From a candidate division WOR-3 bacterium (GTDB lineage Bacteria; Hydrothermota; Hydrothermia; JBDRYB01), in contig JBDRYB010000011.1 of NCBI GenBank assembly GCA_039803205.1, forward strand, positions 1-55,123: DNA of 55,123 nucleotides, read 5' to 3'. Position 1 is the first letter of the stretch. Every line of letters starts with the position of its first letter. Made by a program: the position numbers and the translations under genes. Below the pieces are notes generated by a model. The model ran no database searches and was not told where the DNA came from. It saw only the letters and a list, made by a program, of their open reading frames with translations. Positions 28,120 through 38,361 of this stretch are shown here, one piece after another.

Positions 28120-30423
28120 TTGAACCAGGGCATAAGTCTGGGTAGGATAGGGCAAGCCTTCCTGAGGAGGCGTTGGATATTCCTGACCGCTGTTGCCGTG
28201 GGCCTTCTGGGGAGCCTCCTTTGGCTTTTCAGACAGAAAGCGGTAACCGTCTATACTGCCACCTCAAGGCTGGTCAGCTCCGAAAAGGCCGAGGAAAGCG
28301 CTGAGGACATCATACCTGGCTATCTGTATCCCTCATCAGCCAGGGGCCAGGAATCCCGGATGGGGAGGGTAGCCGCGGACATCATGAGCCTGGATTTCCT
28401 CGCGGAAGTCGCCAGGAGAACTGGCATTCTTTATGTTGTGACTGAGAGAAATAATCCCAACCTGATAATAGAAGAGCTCGTCCTCTCTGATACGGCCGCA
28501 AGGGGCAAATACAGGATAAGCGTAGAATCCAGAAACGCATTCGTTGTTGAGGGGCCAAACGGGACTAAGAAGGGAACACTGGGCGAGAATTTCAGCGATG
28601 GACTTATATCCTTAAGGCTAGCGCGGGCAGATCTTCAGGATGGCGATTTCGTGGAGTTCCAGCTGGTTTCGCCTCAGGAAATTGCTTATTACATTCAGTC
28701 CTCTATTAGCATAGACATATCAAGATTGAGCGAGAGCGCGGCCGGGATCCGTCTTCCTACCTCAGCTGGATTCAGCGAGCCTCTTGTCATGTCAATAACC
28801 CTCACCTGGAATGACCCCGGCTCAGCCACCATTTTGGTCAACGGCATAGCCCAGTGCGCCATAGAGGAAAATCTCAAGAGAAAGAGGGCGCAGTTTGAGC
28901 AGAGCAAGGAATTCATAAATGAGCAGATGGAGAGATACAGCGCGGAGCTCGCGAGGATAGCTGATGAAATGAGGAGCTTCAGGGAGCGAGAGGGCATAGT
29001 TGACATATCGGCGGAGGAGGCAAAGGTTGCGGAGCGCCTAGCCCAGAAGGACGATGAGCTTGCGGCCATAGAGACGGAGGAGCGCCAGCTCAGAAACATA
29101 ATGAGCTGGATAAAGGGCTCAGACAGCATTCCGGGCTACGCGGAGTTTCTCATAGCTGACCCAACCATAAGCAATCTTTTTGGAACCGCGAGAGCGACAA
29201 GCCTCGAGCTGGCAAACGCGAGCCAGGTCCTTGGCGAGAATCACCCGGATGTGAAGGCCCTCAGGGTGAGGCTCGCAAACCTCAAATCCGAATTATCAAC
29301 GGCCATATCCGCCAGGCAGAAGGCTTTGTCAATCCAGAAAACAGCGCTCATGGGGGAGCTGGAGAAAGAAAAGGCGAGCCTCAGCGAGATAATGGAGAAG
29401 GAGCTTCAATACCTCCAGCTTGAACGGCAGAAGGAGGCCGCCGAGGACATATACACCCTTCTAGCCCAGAGATACGAGGAGATAAGGATAAATGAAGCGA
29501 GCGTCACATCCGATGTGACAATACTTGAGGAAGCCCCAAGGGCATCTGCCATCACAACAAAGCCTCGTGTCGTCAGGATTCCTCTCCTCGGCCTATTAAT
29601 TGGGCTTCTGGCTGGGACAGCCTTGGTTCTGGTAATGGAATACCTGGACACCACAGTCAGGGAGGATACCGAGGGTCCGTGGGGAGAGGAGAGGGGGAGG
29701 CTTAGGTATATAGCGACAGTCCCAAAGGTTGAGATGGCAGGGCCAGAACCGGTTGCACTGAGAGACCCCATGTTCATGGAGGTCTTCAGAATAGCCGCGC
29801 TGAACATAGGGCTTTTTGGTCCCCTCAAGAAGAACAAAACCCTCTGCGTGACGAGCCCTAGCGAAGGAGAGGGCAAGACAACTGTGGCGCTGAACCTCGC
29901 GGCAAGCCTTGCCGCATCTGGCGAACGAGTTCTGCTGGTGGATGCTGATGCGAACAAGAGGAGCCTCACGATGGCAATGGGCCTTGAGGACAAAAAGGGA
30001 TTCTTTGAGATCCTGGTGAACGGTTCGCCGCCAGAGAATGTCATAGTTGAGGGCCCGCTCCCCAATCTGTTCATTATGCCCATAGGAAGACAAACCTTTG
30101 ACCCGATGGCTGCCTTGTCCACGGAGGTCTTCCGTTCCTTCCTTGAGAGGGTAAAAAGATCCTTTGATCTCGTGATATTTGACACCCCTCCAGCCCTTCT
30201 TCTGGCCCTCGCAGGCCTTCTCGCGCCCCAGGTTGACAGCACAGTCCTTGTGGCAAAGATACACGCAACGAGCACTCGGAATCTGGTGAAGGCCATTGAG
30301 ATCCTGATCAATGCCGGCGCTGGTGTAGCTGGCATAATACTCAACATGGCGAAGGTGCACCGGGCCTCCTATTATTACGGAAAGAGAAGACCATGGTGGA
30401 AGAGGCTCTTAAGACGAGAATAG
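28120..30423 (+). CDS. Wzc-like polysaccharide co-polymerase/tyrosine autokinase
   Basis: Two TM segments around a coiled-coil periplasmic region; SPSEGEGKTT, LLVDAD, FDTPP; short C-terminal YYY cluster. Confidence 0.85.
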   Translation: MNQGISLGRIGQAFLRRRWIFLTAVAVGLLGSLLWLFRQKAVTVYTATSRLVSSEKAEESAEDIIPGYLYPSSARGQESRMGRVAADIMSLDFLAEVARRTGILYVVTERNNPNLIIEELVLSDTAARGKYRISVESRNAFVVEGPNGTKKGTLGENFSDGLISLRLARADLQDGDFVEFQLVSPQEIAYYIQSSISIDISRLSESAAGIRLPTSAGFSEPLVMSITLTWNDPGSATILVNGIAQCAIEENLKRKRAQFEQSKEFINEQMERYSAELARIADEMRSFREREGIVDISAEEAKVAERLAQKDDELAAIETEERQLRNIMSWIKGSDSIPGYAEFLIADPTISNLFGTARATSLELANASQVLGENHPDVKALRVRLANLKSELSTAISARQKALSIQKTALMGELEKEKASLSEIMEKELQYLQLERQKEAAEDIYTLLAQRYEEIRINEASVTSDVTILEEAPRASAITTKPRVVRIPLLGLLIGLLAGTALVLVMEYLDTTVREDTEGPWGEERGRLRYIATVPKVEMAGPEPVALRDPMFMEVFRIAALNIGLFGPLKKNKTLCVTSPSEGEGKTTVALNLAASLAASGERVLLVDADANKRSLTMAMGLEDKKGFFEILVNGSPPENVIVEGPLPNLFIMPIGRQTFDPMAALSTEVFRSFLERVKRSFDLVIFDTPPALLLALAGLLAPQVDSTVLVAKIHATSTRNLVKAIEILINAGAGVAGIILNMAKVHRASYYYGKRRPWWKRLLRRE

Positions 30424-31455
30424 ATGAGGGCTGAGAGGTATATAAGGAAGGTGATAGAATCTGATGGCCCCATCCCCTTCTCTAGGTTCATGGATATCGC
30501 TCTTTATCATCCTGAATTCGGCTATTACTCAACCGGCAAACCCTTTGCTGGAAGGGGGGATTTCTACACAGGGCCCTCCCTGCACCCTTTGTTCGGATGG
30601 ACAATAGCCAGATTTCTGATTTCTATGGGGGCCTTTGGCCCTATCCTTGAAATAGGGCCTGGCAAGGGGTTCCTCGCTTCGGACATCCTTGATTACATCT
30701 CATCAAGGGAGCCTGGGCTCTACAACGGGATCAGATACCTAATAATTGAGAGAAGCCCTGCCTTCCGCGAGAAGACAAAAGATCTTCTCGCCCCTCACGC
30801 TGAGAGGGTTGAGTGGCTGGAACGCCTCCCGGACGCATTTTCTGGCATCATTCTCGCGAACGAGCTCCTTGACGCATTTGGTTTTGACAGGTTCATCAAG
30901 GGAAGCGATGGGTGGGAGATGCTGATGGTGGGTCCGGGTGAGCCGTTCTCGTGGGTAAGGGGCCCCGCGAGAGGGGATGCCATGAGATTCCTGCCTGAGA
31001 AAGCGCCGCCGGGATTCATATACGACCTCTCCGTTGAGGGGCTCGGTTTTCTTTCGGATTGCGCGAAAAGCCTCCAGAAGGGCTGTCTGCTCGTTGTTGA
31101 TTACGGCTACCCGAGGGATGTCATTTTGTCCTCCTATCCGAACGGAACCCTCACATGCTACTACAAGCACACGGTTTCGGATGATCCGTTCGTCCGGGTC
31201 GGAGAGCAGGATATAACATATTTCCTTGACTGGGACCTGGTCAGGCAGGTCGCGAGGGGGTGCGGGCTCGTTGAGAAGGCATTCATGAGTCAGGCCGAAT
31301 TCCTGATGTCCGCTGGGATCCACGATCTCCTCTCTGAGATGGAGGCCGCTCATTCCCCAGCGGAAATAATGAAGGCCCGGCTTGCGGCAAAGAACCTCCT
31401 CTTGACCTTTAAAAACCACAGGGTCTTGGTTTGGGAGAAGCAGGTTAGAGAATGA
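30424..31455 (+). CDS. SAM-dependent methyltransferase, MidA/NDUFAF7 family
   Basis: FM..ALYHP..GYY, GDFYT, EIGPGKG, ANELLDA, DYG, GEQDIT. Confidence 0.9.
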   Translation: MRAERYIRKVIESDGPIPFSRFMDIALYHPEFGYYSTGKPFAGRGDFYTGPSLHPLFGWTIARFLISMGAFGPILEIGPGKGFLASDILDYISSREPGLYNGIRYLIIERSPAFREKTKDLLAPHAERVEWLERLPDAFSGIILANELLDAFGFDRFIKGSDGWEMLMVGPGEPFSWVRGPARGDAMRFLPEKAPPGFIYDLSVEGLGFLSDCAKSLQKGCLLVVDYGYPRDVILSSYPNGTLTCYYKHTVSDDPFVRVGEQDITYFLDWDLVRQVARGCGLVEKAFMSQAEFLMSAGIHDLLSEMEAAHSPAEIMKARLAAKNLLLTFKNHRVLVWEKQVRE

Positions 31456-31492
31456 CCGGTAATTGCTCGGAGCAGCTGCCCTGCTATATCCT

Positions 31493-32260
31493 ATGCGGGT
31501 GAGGATAGGTATTGTTCAGCACAATGTCGTGAGGCCGAGGGAGCGGGGACTGAGACGCGTAGTTCAACTCGCCAATTGCCTTGATGGTCCTGACCTCGTT
31601 CTCCTGCCCGAGCTTTTCGCATCCGGTTATGGTTTTTCCGACATAAAAGCAGAAGCAAAAGCGGGAGAGAGCGAGGTCATTCCCCTTTTGTCCGACATGG
31701 CAAAGGGCCTTTCAGCTTGGATCGGTGGGACACTCATCCTTGAGAAGGACGGCAAATATTACAACACCTTCGTAATCCTCGATAGACAGGGCAACCTCGT
31801 TCACACACAAGCCAAAACCCACCTTTTCAGGCCCCTGAATGAACATGAGATATTCTCGCCTGGTGGCGAGATCAGGGCTTTTGATACCGAGTTCGGAACC
31901 GCCGGCGCGCTCATATGCTACGAGCTGAGGTTCCCTGAGCTAGCGAGGAAATTGGCCAAGGAGGGAGCAAGGATTATCCTCGTTTCAGCTGAGTGGCCCC
32001 TCGCTAGGGCTTCTGCCTGGCAAACATTGTGCAGAGCAAGGGCCATGGAGAACCAGGTTCTCCTGGTCGCCTGTAACCGATGGGGAGGGGATAAGGTGTT
32101 TTTCGGGGGGCGCTCAGGGATATACGATCCATATGGGGAACCCCTGGTTGAGATGTGCGATGGCGAAGGGGTCGTTTGGGCAGATGTTGATCTCTCCCAA
32201 ATAGATGAAGCCAGGGCAAAGCTTCCCGTTTGGGATGACAGAAGGGAGGAGCTGTATTGA
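31493..32260 (+). CDS. Carbon-nitrogen hydrolase (nitrilase family)
   Basis: LPELF, K.HLF and ICYELRFPE triad motifs, RAMENQ; ATG at 31493. Confidence 0.9.
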   Translation: MRVRIGIVQHNVVRPRERGLRRVVQLANCLDGPDLVLLPELFASGYGFSDIKAEAKAGESEVIPLLSDMAKGLSAWIGGTLILEKDGKYYNTFVILDRQGNLVHTQAKTHLFRPLNEHEIFSPGGEIRAFDTEFGTAGALICYELRFPELARKLAKEGARIILVSAEWPLARASAWQTLCRARAMENQVLLVACNRWGGDKVFFGGRSGIYDPYGEPLVEMCDGEGVVWADVDLSQIDEARAKLPVWDDRREELY

Positions 32261-32979
32261 GCTGGATTGACCGGGACGAGCCCATATCCATTCTTCTGCC
32301 TGTGCTGGACCCAGCCCTTGCCCTGCCAGCGGCCGTGACGATTGCCAGAAATTTCCCCAAGCACAGGATCTTCTCCTCTGAGGAAGCCAGGGCCTACATC
32401 AGCCTTTACCTTACCAGCCAAGATGACCTCTCCCCAAAGATAGCCTTTGACCTCTCTCTGCCTCCTGAGACCCGTCCGATGCCCCGAGGCACGGCCGTTG
32501 GCGTTACCGCTAATTCGCTGAATGTTTCTTTCAATGTGCTCCTCAGAGTGAGATCGGATGACCCTCTGAGGGCCAGGGAGGGCTTTCTCTCGTGCCTTGG
32601 GCTTTCCCCCTCTGAGACAGATTGGCTTATCCCCCAGGCCTTAACGAGGGCTGAAAGGCACCTTGAACGCACAGGTTATTACAAGGGCAGACTAAGGGTA
32701 TTTTTTGATTCAAAGGATAGCAAGCTGGAGCTGGCAATCCGCGAGATCTACGGGACCGATGTCATGTTCATAAGGCCCGGCGAGACCCCTCCTGACGAAA
32801 CCCTGATGCTTCTCACCCTCTCCGACCTTTACATGGGCGCCGGATCAGTGCTCACGGGATTCGCGTTTCTTTTCGGGAAGAAGTGCATTCTAACCAGCGC
32901 ACAGAGGGTCCCTGAGGGCCTTGATGCAAGGCCAATAGGAAACCTAAAGAGGACTTTGACCAGGATGGGATTTCTATGA
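32257..32979 (+). CDS. Hypothetical protein
   Basis: Overlaps both neighbours in an operon; no confident motif. Confidence 0.6.
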   Translation: MSWIDRDEPISILLPVLDPALALPAAVTIARNFPKHRIFSSEEARAYISLYLTSQDDLSPKIAFDLSLPPETRPMPRGTAVGVTANSLNVSFNVLLRVRSDDPLRAREGFLSCLGLSPSETDWLIPQALTRAERHLERTGYYKGRLRVFFDSKDSKLELAIREIYGTDVMFIRPGETPPDETLMLLTLSDLYMGAGSVLTGFAFLFGKKCILTSAQRVPEGLDARPIGNLKRTLTRMGFL

Positions 32980-34163
32980 ACAGGGCCCTGCCCTTTGGAC
33001 TCGCTTTCCTCGCGATCATAACAGCGGCCACCATAGCCATAACCCAGCCAGCTATAGCCCGGGCCCAGAAAGAGGTTAGGACAACCTCCATGCTCTTGGC
33101 AAAGCTCATGAGCAGTCTATTTCTCTCAGTCATATCAGAGGAAGAGATAGCCCAAGTGATGAAGGAGGTCATAGCAGGGGTTGATTTCCCCATGATGATA
33201 ACAGATCAAGAGGGAAACCCGAGGGCATGGAAACAGGTCGGTGTTGACCCGGAGAGGTTCACGCCCGAAGAGCTCGCTGAGCCTGAGAAGCTTGTGGGGA
33301 ATAGGGATTACGAGAGATTACTCTCAGCCAGGGACAGGCTCCGGAACCAGAACGAGCCCTTTCCCATATCGGCGCCAGGAGCAGTCCTGGGCTATGTGTA
33401 TTTTGGACAACCAGCGAGCCTCTCATACCTTCGGCTCCTGCAGTTCATATTACCTCTCCTCGGATTTTTGACATTTATCGGGCTTCTCTGGGCCGCCAGG
33501 TCTGTCTACTCGTATCAGTCAGCGGCCTTCTGGGCTTCTTTCGCGAAGGGCCTGGCCCATCAAATGGGAACCCCCGTATCCTCCATGATGGGCTGGCTTG
33601 AGCTCCTGAAAAGGCAAGGACCAGCTGACGAAACCGTGGCCAGAGGCCTTGAGTCCGACCTTGAGAGGGTGAGATCCATCCTTAGGAGGTTTTCAAAGAT
33701 AGGCGGCCCCCCACAGCTGCAGCCCGTTCCCCTTCCTAAGATAGCTGAGGGAGCAATAGCAGAGGCCAGGTCCCGCTTCCTTAAGGACATGGATGTTGAT
33801 CTTGTGGTTCAAGGGGATTGTCAAGTGAGCGGTGACCCAGAGCTTTTATCCTGGGTTCTTGAGATATTCCTTAAGAACGCGTGGGAAGCGAGGAGAGCCG
33901 AAGGGGCTCGTGCGGTAATAAGGCTCCGGGAAGAGGGCCGGGATTGCGTTCTTGAGATAGAGGACAACGGCAAGGGCATTCCAAAAGACAAGCACCGCCT
34001 TCTTTTCAGGCGCTCATACAGCACAAAAGAGCGCGGCTGGGGGGTTGGGCTTCTCCTGGCAAAAAGGATAATTAGGGACATTCACAAGGGCGAGGTGAGG
34101 CTCCTCGTGAGCGTCCCGGGAGAGAGAACGGTTTTTGCGATCAGGCTCAGAAGGGTGCTGTAG
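32976..34163 (+). CDS. Membrane sensor histidine kinase
   Basis: Two TM segments; H-box LAHQMGTP, N-box KNA, DNGKGI, GWGVGL. Confidence 0.9.
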   Translation: MNRALPFGLAFLAIITAATIAITQPAIARAQKEVRTTSMLLAKLMSSLFLSVISEEEIAQVMKEVIAGVDFPMMITDQEGNPRAWKQVGVDPERFTPEELAEPEKLVGNRDYERLLSARDRLRNQNEPFPISAPGAVLGYVYFGQPASLSYLRLLQFILPLLGFLTFIGLLWAARSVYSYQSAAFWASFAKGLAHQMGTPVSSMMGWLELLKRQGPADETVARGLESDLERVRSILRRFSKIGGPPQLQPVPLPKIAEGAIAEARSRFLKDMDVDLVVQGDCQVSGDPELLSWVLEIFLKNAWEARRAEGARAVIRLREEGRDCVLEIEDNGKGIPKDKHRLLFRRSYSTKERGWGVGLLLAKRIIRDIHKGEVRLLVSVPGERTVFAIRLRRVL

Positions 34164-34242
34164 TCCGGAGAAGAATGCTTGATCCGGCCCATGGCCGGGT
34201 ATTAAAATTTGTCCCGAACCTTAACGAAAGGAGGTTTTAAGC

Positions 34243-36120
34243 ATGAAGAGATTGCTCGCAGGCGCCATGGTCTTGACAGCGGTGGCATTTGCCGCGCAGA
34301 CCGGAGGCACCACAGGAAGCGGAAGGGATATTGGCACCCTCTCAACGGGCGGACCAGATGCCTATGGATACACATGGATAGACAGCAGGGAGCCCGGAGG
34401 CCCCGCCTACAACTGGAAGGATATATCAGGCATAGGGACTCAGCTGACTGGCCTCGGGGACGACGGCTATGTTGGACCGTTATCCCTGGGGTTTGATTTC
34501 CCATACTACTGGTATACCACGAACAAGGTTTGGCTCCAGTTCAACGGCGCTCTGAGCATGTCAACTCCAACAGGGATGTATCACCCGGGCCAGACAGCAT
34601 ACATCCCGAACCCCCTCCCGCCGAACGATATAGTGGTATTCATGGGGGCTGACCTGGACTTCACCATAGGGGGCAAGGCTTACTTCTGGACGAACGGTTC
34701 TGACACAGCCATAATTCAGGTTGACAGCGTCCCAGAGTGGAACGATCCGTCCTCCTATCACAGCGCGCAGGTCATACTCTACCTGGACCCATCTGATCCG
34801 GATAACGGACACATTCTCGTTCAGTATGGCCCCCAGAACGGCGACTTTGACAACGGCGGCCAGGGCGTTCACTCCGCTATCGGCATAGAGAACATCGCTG
34901 GGAATGTCGGGCTTCAGTTCCTCATGAACAACAACCCGCCTAGTAACATGCCCTTTGATGGCCTGGCTGTTCTTTATGTCCGTCCTGACACCACAAACTA
35001 TCAGATCACGGATGTTGGGCTTGAGGCTCTTTGGAACGGATACAACCTCGGGTTCTACCTCTACAAGCCTGATGGCTCAGCTACTCCGAGGCTCTGGGCG
35101 AAGAATGTCGGAAACCAGCCCATATCAACCTTCCAGGCCCTAATAACCATAAAGAACTTTGCTGGCACGACGGTATACGCGGACACGGTTGTCGGGCCTC
35201 CCCTGAACCCGGGCGAGGTTGTGATGATCACCTTTGACCCGTTTGACCTCTCGGCGAGGCCAACGGGCACATATCGCCTCACGGGCGAGCTCAAGATGAC
35301 AGGGGACATGTATGCCGGCAACAACAAGATAGAGGACACGGAGTTCCGCATAGTTGATAACTCAACAACCTATCTCGGATGGGACAACGATAACGCTCAG
35401 AGCTACTCATGGTGGATAGGCGGCGCGAACGGCGATGCCGGATGGGGCGCGAGGTTCCCCCTTCCGTGCGACATGAGGGTTGACTCTGTGGTAGCGTTCG
35501 TCGGCTGTGCAAAAACAGGAAATGGTCAGGTCAAGGTCGCGCTCCTGGCGGATGACGGCTCTGGCATCCTGCCCAGGGACACCATAGTCATATCAAATCT
35601 CTTAAATGTTGCTGGCGGAGGCGTGATCTCCACAGCTAAGGTCGTGGTCAACCAGACCTTCCCCATGGGAACGATCCTATACGGCGGCTTCTTCCAGTAT
35701 ACGGACTCAACCGGCGCCGCGCTTGAGGATCAGGGCCCCTTCTCCCGGAACGCTCTTGAATACACCGGAACATGGGCTCCCTACAGGGAACGCGATGCCT
35801 ATGACGAATACATAAGGCTCTACGGCGCGCTCCTCGGGGTTGAGGAGTCCGGGAAGCCCAGTGCGTTCCTTCTCAAGAGCGCTGGCCCTGTTCCCACGAG
35901 GGGCAAGGCCTTCTTCTCGTTCGTGGTTCCGGAGAGGGGAGATGTCAGCATCTCCATTTACAACGCCCTTGGCCAGAAGATTGCGGGAAGGACCGAGACC
36001 TTTGAGGCTGGCGCTGGAACAATGGCCTTTGACCTCTCATCCTTCTCCGATGGCGTTTATATCTACAGGCTGGGCTACGGAAGCACGGATCTCACGGGCA
36101 AGCTGCTCATAACCAGATAG
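34243..36120 (+). CDS. Secreted protein with T9SS-like C-terminal domain
   Basis: Signal peptide; GGPDAYGYTWIDS...YNW.DI motif; C-terminal IYNALGQKI...GVYIYRL...KLLITR. Confidence 0.8.
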   Translation: MKRLLAGAMVLTAVAFAAQTGGTTGSGRDIGTLSTGGPDAYGYTWIDSREPGGPAYNWKDISGIGTQLTGLGDDGYVGPLSLGFDFPYYWYTTNKVWLQFNGALSMSTPTGMYHPGQTAYIPNPLPPNDIVVFMGADLDFTIGGKAYFWTNGSDTAIIQVDSVPEWNDPSSYHSAQVILYLDPSDPDNGHILVQYGPQNGDFDNGGQGVHSAIGIENIAGNVGLQFLMNNNPPSNMPFDGLAVLYVRPDTTNYQITDVGLEALWNGYNLGFYLYKPDGSATPRLWAKNVGNQPISTFQALITIKNFAGTTVYADTVVGPPLNPGEVVMITFDPFDLSARPTGTYRLTGELKMTGDMYAGNNKIEDTEFRIVDNSTTYLGWDNDNAQSYSWWIGGANGDAGWGARFPLPCDMRVDSVVAFVGCAKTGNGQVKVALLADDGSGILPRDTIVISNLLNVAGGGVISTAKVVVNQTFPMGTILYGGFFQYTDSTGAALEDQGPFSRNALEYTGTWAPYRERDAYDEYIRLYGALLGVEESGKPSAFLLKSAGPVPTRGKAFFSFVVPERGDVSISIYNALGQKIAGRTETFEAGAGTMAFDLSSFSDGVYIYRLGYGSTDLTGKLLITR

Positions 36121-36141
36121 TTTCTCCAGAGAAAAAGCAGG

Positions 36142-36166
36142 GCCCCCGGCGAGCCGGGGGCTTTTT
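36142..36166 (+). terminator. Rho-independent terminator
   Basis: gcccccggc-ga-gccgggggc followed by ttttt. Confidence 0.8.
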
Positions 36167-36270
36167 ACGCTTTCAAAATTTGCAGAAGCGGCGGAATTTT
36201 GGGTTTCGGCCCGTGAGCATATAATACCCAATCCATGAACCAGGAACGGAGAACGATTTATAATCTAGGG

Positions 36271-36924
36271 GTGCGAGTGGTTCACCTGGAATCGGCCGAA
36301 TCTACCCAGGACGAGTGCTTCAGGCTCCTAGAGGAATATCCGGAGGTTGCTGTGAGGGCGGATGTCCAGACCAGGGGAAGGGGGAGGCACGGAGCCATAT
36401 GGTATTCCCCGCCAGGAGGATTGTGGCTCTCTGTTGGGATGAGGGAGGCTGACCCTTTTGCCTGCGCGGTCGCTGGGCCGATAGCCGCTATTAATGCTGT
36501 AAGCCCTTATCTACCCATTGCCCCCTTGATACGCCCGCCGAACGATGTAATCTGCTCGGGAAGGAAGCTGGCCGGCATACTGGTTGAGAGGAGATCCAGA
36601 GGGGTTGTCACGGGCTTTGGCGTGAACCTCTATCAGGAAACATTTCCACCTGACTTGAACGCTGTTTCCCTGAGGCAGATGGGCGCGCGCGGATTCAGCC
36701 TTGAGGGCATAGCTGAGGCGCTGGTCTCCGGCTTTAAGGAGCTGCTGGGCATACCGATCGCTGATATGATCGCGGAGTATAACGAGCGTCTTCTCGGCCT
36801 CGGGAGGGTCGTGAGGGTCGGCGCGGTGGAGGGAATCTTTCGCGGCCTCAGCGAGAAAGGTTTCACGGTCGGAGAGAGCATCGTAGATCCCGGTAGGTTC
36901 ACCGGCTTGGAGATAATAGAATGA
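36271..36924 (+). CDS. birA: Biotin-protein ligase, no N-terminal HTH; likely GTG start at 36271
   Basis: STQD, QTRGRGR.G..W.SP.GGL, PND....RKLAGIL.E, GFGVN. Confidence 0.85.
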   Translation: MRVVHLESAESTQDECFRLLEEYPEVAVRADVQTRGRGRHGAIWYSPPGGLWLSVGMREADPFACAVAGPIAAINAVSPYLPIAPLIRPPNDVICSGRKLAGILVERRSRGVVTGFGVNLYQETFPPDLNAVSLRQMGARGFSLEGIAEALVSGFKELLGIPIADMIAEYNERLLGLGRVVRVGAVEGIFRGLSEKGFTVGESIVDPGRFTGLEIIE

Positions 36925-37661
36925 GGGTTCTCGTCGTTGATGTTGGAAATTCAAGGATAAAGGCCGGGCTTTTCGTTGAGTTCTACCTGCCAGAGGTTAG
37001 GGTTATAGAAAACTTGGACGAGCTCTCTGGATGGGCAGATGAGGCTGATGCCATCGCCATATCCTCTGTCGTGCCGCAGATCACCAAAAACCTTGAGGAA
37101 ACCCTCCCTTCAGCGCTCATCTTGAAGGAGGATAACTCCGGCATCCGGATATTCTACAGGGAACCAGCCAGGCTGGGTTCTGACAGGATAGCGAACGCTC
37201 TATATGTCAGGCATTTTCTCGGCCAAAGGACCATACTCGCTGATGTTGGAACAGCGGTCACGGTTGATTCTATTGGGGAGGACGGGACATTCTACGGAGG
37301 GGTGATATTCCCCGGGCCGGGTTTGGCACTTGGTTCTCTGGGGGCGAGGACGAGCGCCTTGCCCAGGATAGACCTTACAGATGAGCCCGTGGGGCCCCTT
37401 GGCAGGGATACGGAGGCAGGAATGCGTTCCGGGGTTCTTTGGTCAGTTGCTTTCGCGATTGAGGGTTTCGCGAGGGCTCAGGCTAATTTTCTGGGCTGGG
37501 AGAGATATAGGCTTCTCTTAACAGGGGGTTTGGGAAAACTCATAAGGCCCATGTTGAAGGCGAGGTGCTCGGTGGAAACCCATGCGACCCTCCTCGGCCT
37601 CGGCGCCTGGGCTCAGGAGCTCGCGCGAAAAGGTGAACTTCCTCATAGGGATAGTTCATAA
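36921..37661 (+). CDS. coaX: Type III pantothenate kinase
   Basis: VDVGNS, LGSDR, DVGTAVT.D, GGVIFPG, TGG. Confidence 0.9.
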   Translation: MRVLVVDVGNSRIKAGLFVEFYLPEVRVIENLDELSGWADEADAIAISSVVPQITKNLEETLPSALILKEDNSGIRIFYREPARLGSDRIANALYVRHFLGQRTILADVGTAVTVDSIGEDGTFYGGVIFPGPGLALGSLGARTSALPRIDLTDEPVGPLGRDTEAGMRSGVLWSVAFAIEGFARAQANFLGWERYRLLLTGGLGKLIRPMLKARCSVETHATLLGLGAWAQELARKGELPHRDSS

Positions 37662-37668
37662 TTTCAGG

Positions 37669-38358
37669 GTGGAACTTCCCATATGTGAAGAGATCCCTGG
37701 CGGCGGCCGGCTTGAGCTTCACGAGATGATGGGCGATGACCTGGCCCCCGCGAGGATAGCGAGGATATCATACCTTTCCGAGGGAGGAGATGATGAACGA
37801 GACGCGGCCCTCCTCGCCAGGCTGATAAGGCTCGGCCACACATCTGTTTTTGAGCACCAGGTCTTCAGGTTTCTCCTTGATGGTGTTCCCATGTATATCG
37901 GCGAGCAGATCCTGAGACACAGGATAGCGTCATACACCAAGAGGAGCTTCAGATACACATCCCCCGATGAACGCCTCCCCGATGATCTCAACCAGGAGTT
38001 CCACATTCCTCCGGAGTTCCTCGGCATCAAGGAGTGGAAGGGGCACGGGGACCCGAAGGCGCTGAGATCAAAAATAGAGGAGCACATAAAACGCTCGGTT
38101 GATCTTTACCAAGAGCTGGTGAAAGCAGGGCTCAGAAAGGAGGCGGCTAGGTGCGTCTTGCCAGCGGGGACGAGGACGAGCTTCTGGTGGACGATAAACA
38201 TGCGCTCAGCCATGAACTTCCTATCGCTGAGGCTGAGGCCGGACGCCCAGTGGGAGATAAGGGAAGTAGCGAGGGCCATGGCCAGGATATTCATGAAGGT
38301 TGTGCCACTAACCATTTCGGAGTTTCTAAGGCATTATGACCTGGAGAGATACTTGTAG
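37669..38358 (+). CDS. thyX: FAD-dependent thymidylate synthase; likely GTG start at 37669
   Basis: GH.SVFEH, RHRIAS....S.RY, AR.VLP, AQWEIR. Confidence 0.92.
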   Translation: MELPICEEIPGGGRLELHEMMGDDLAPARIARISYLSEGGDDERDAALLARLIRLGHTSVFEHQVFRFLLDGVPMYIGEQILRHRIASYTKRSFRYTSPDERLPDDLNQEFHIPPEFLGIKEWKGHGDPKALRSKIEEHIKRSVDLYQELVKAGLRKEAARCVLPAGTRTSFWWTINMRSAMNFLSLRLRPDAQWEIREVARAMARIFMKVVPLTISEFLRHYDLERYL

Positions 38359-38361
38359 AAG

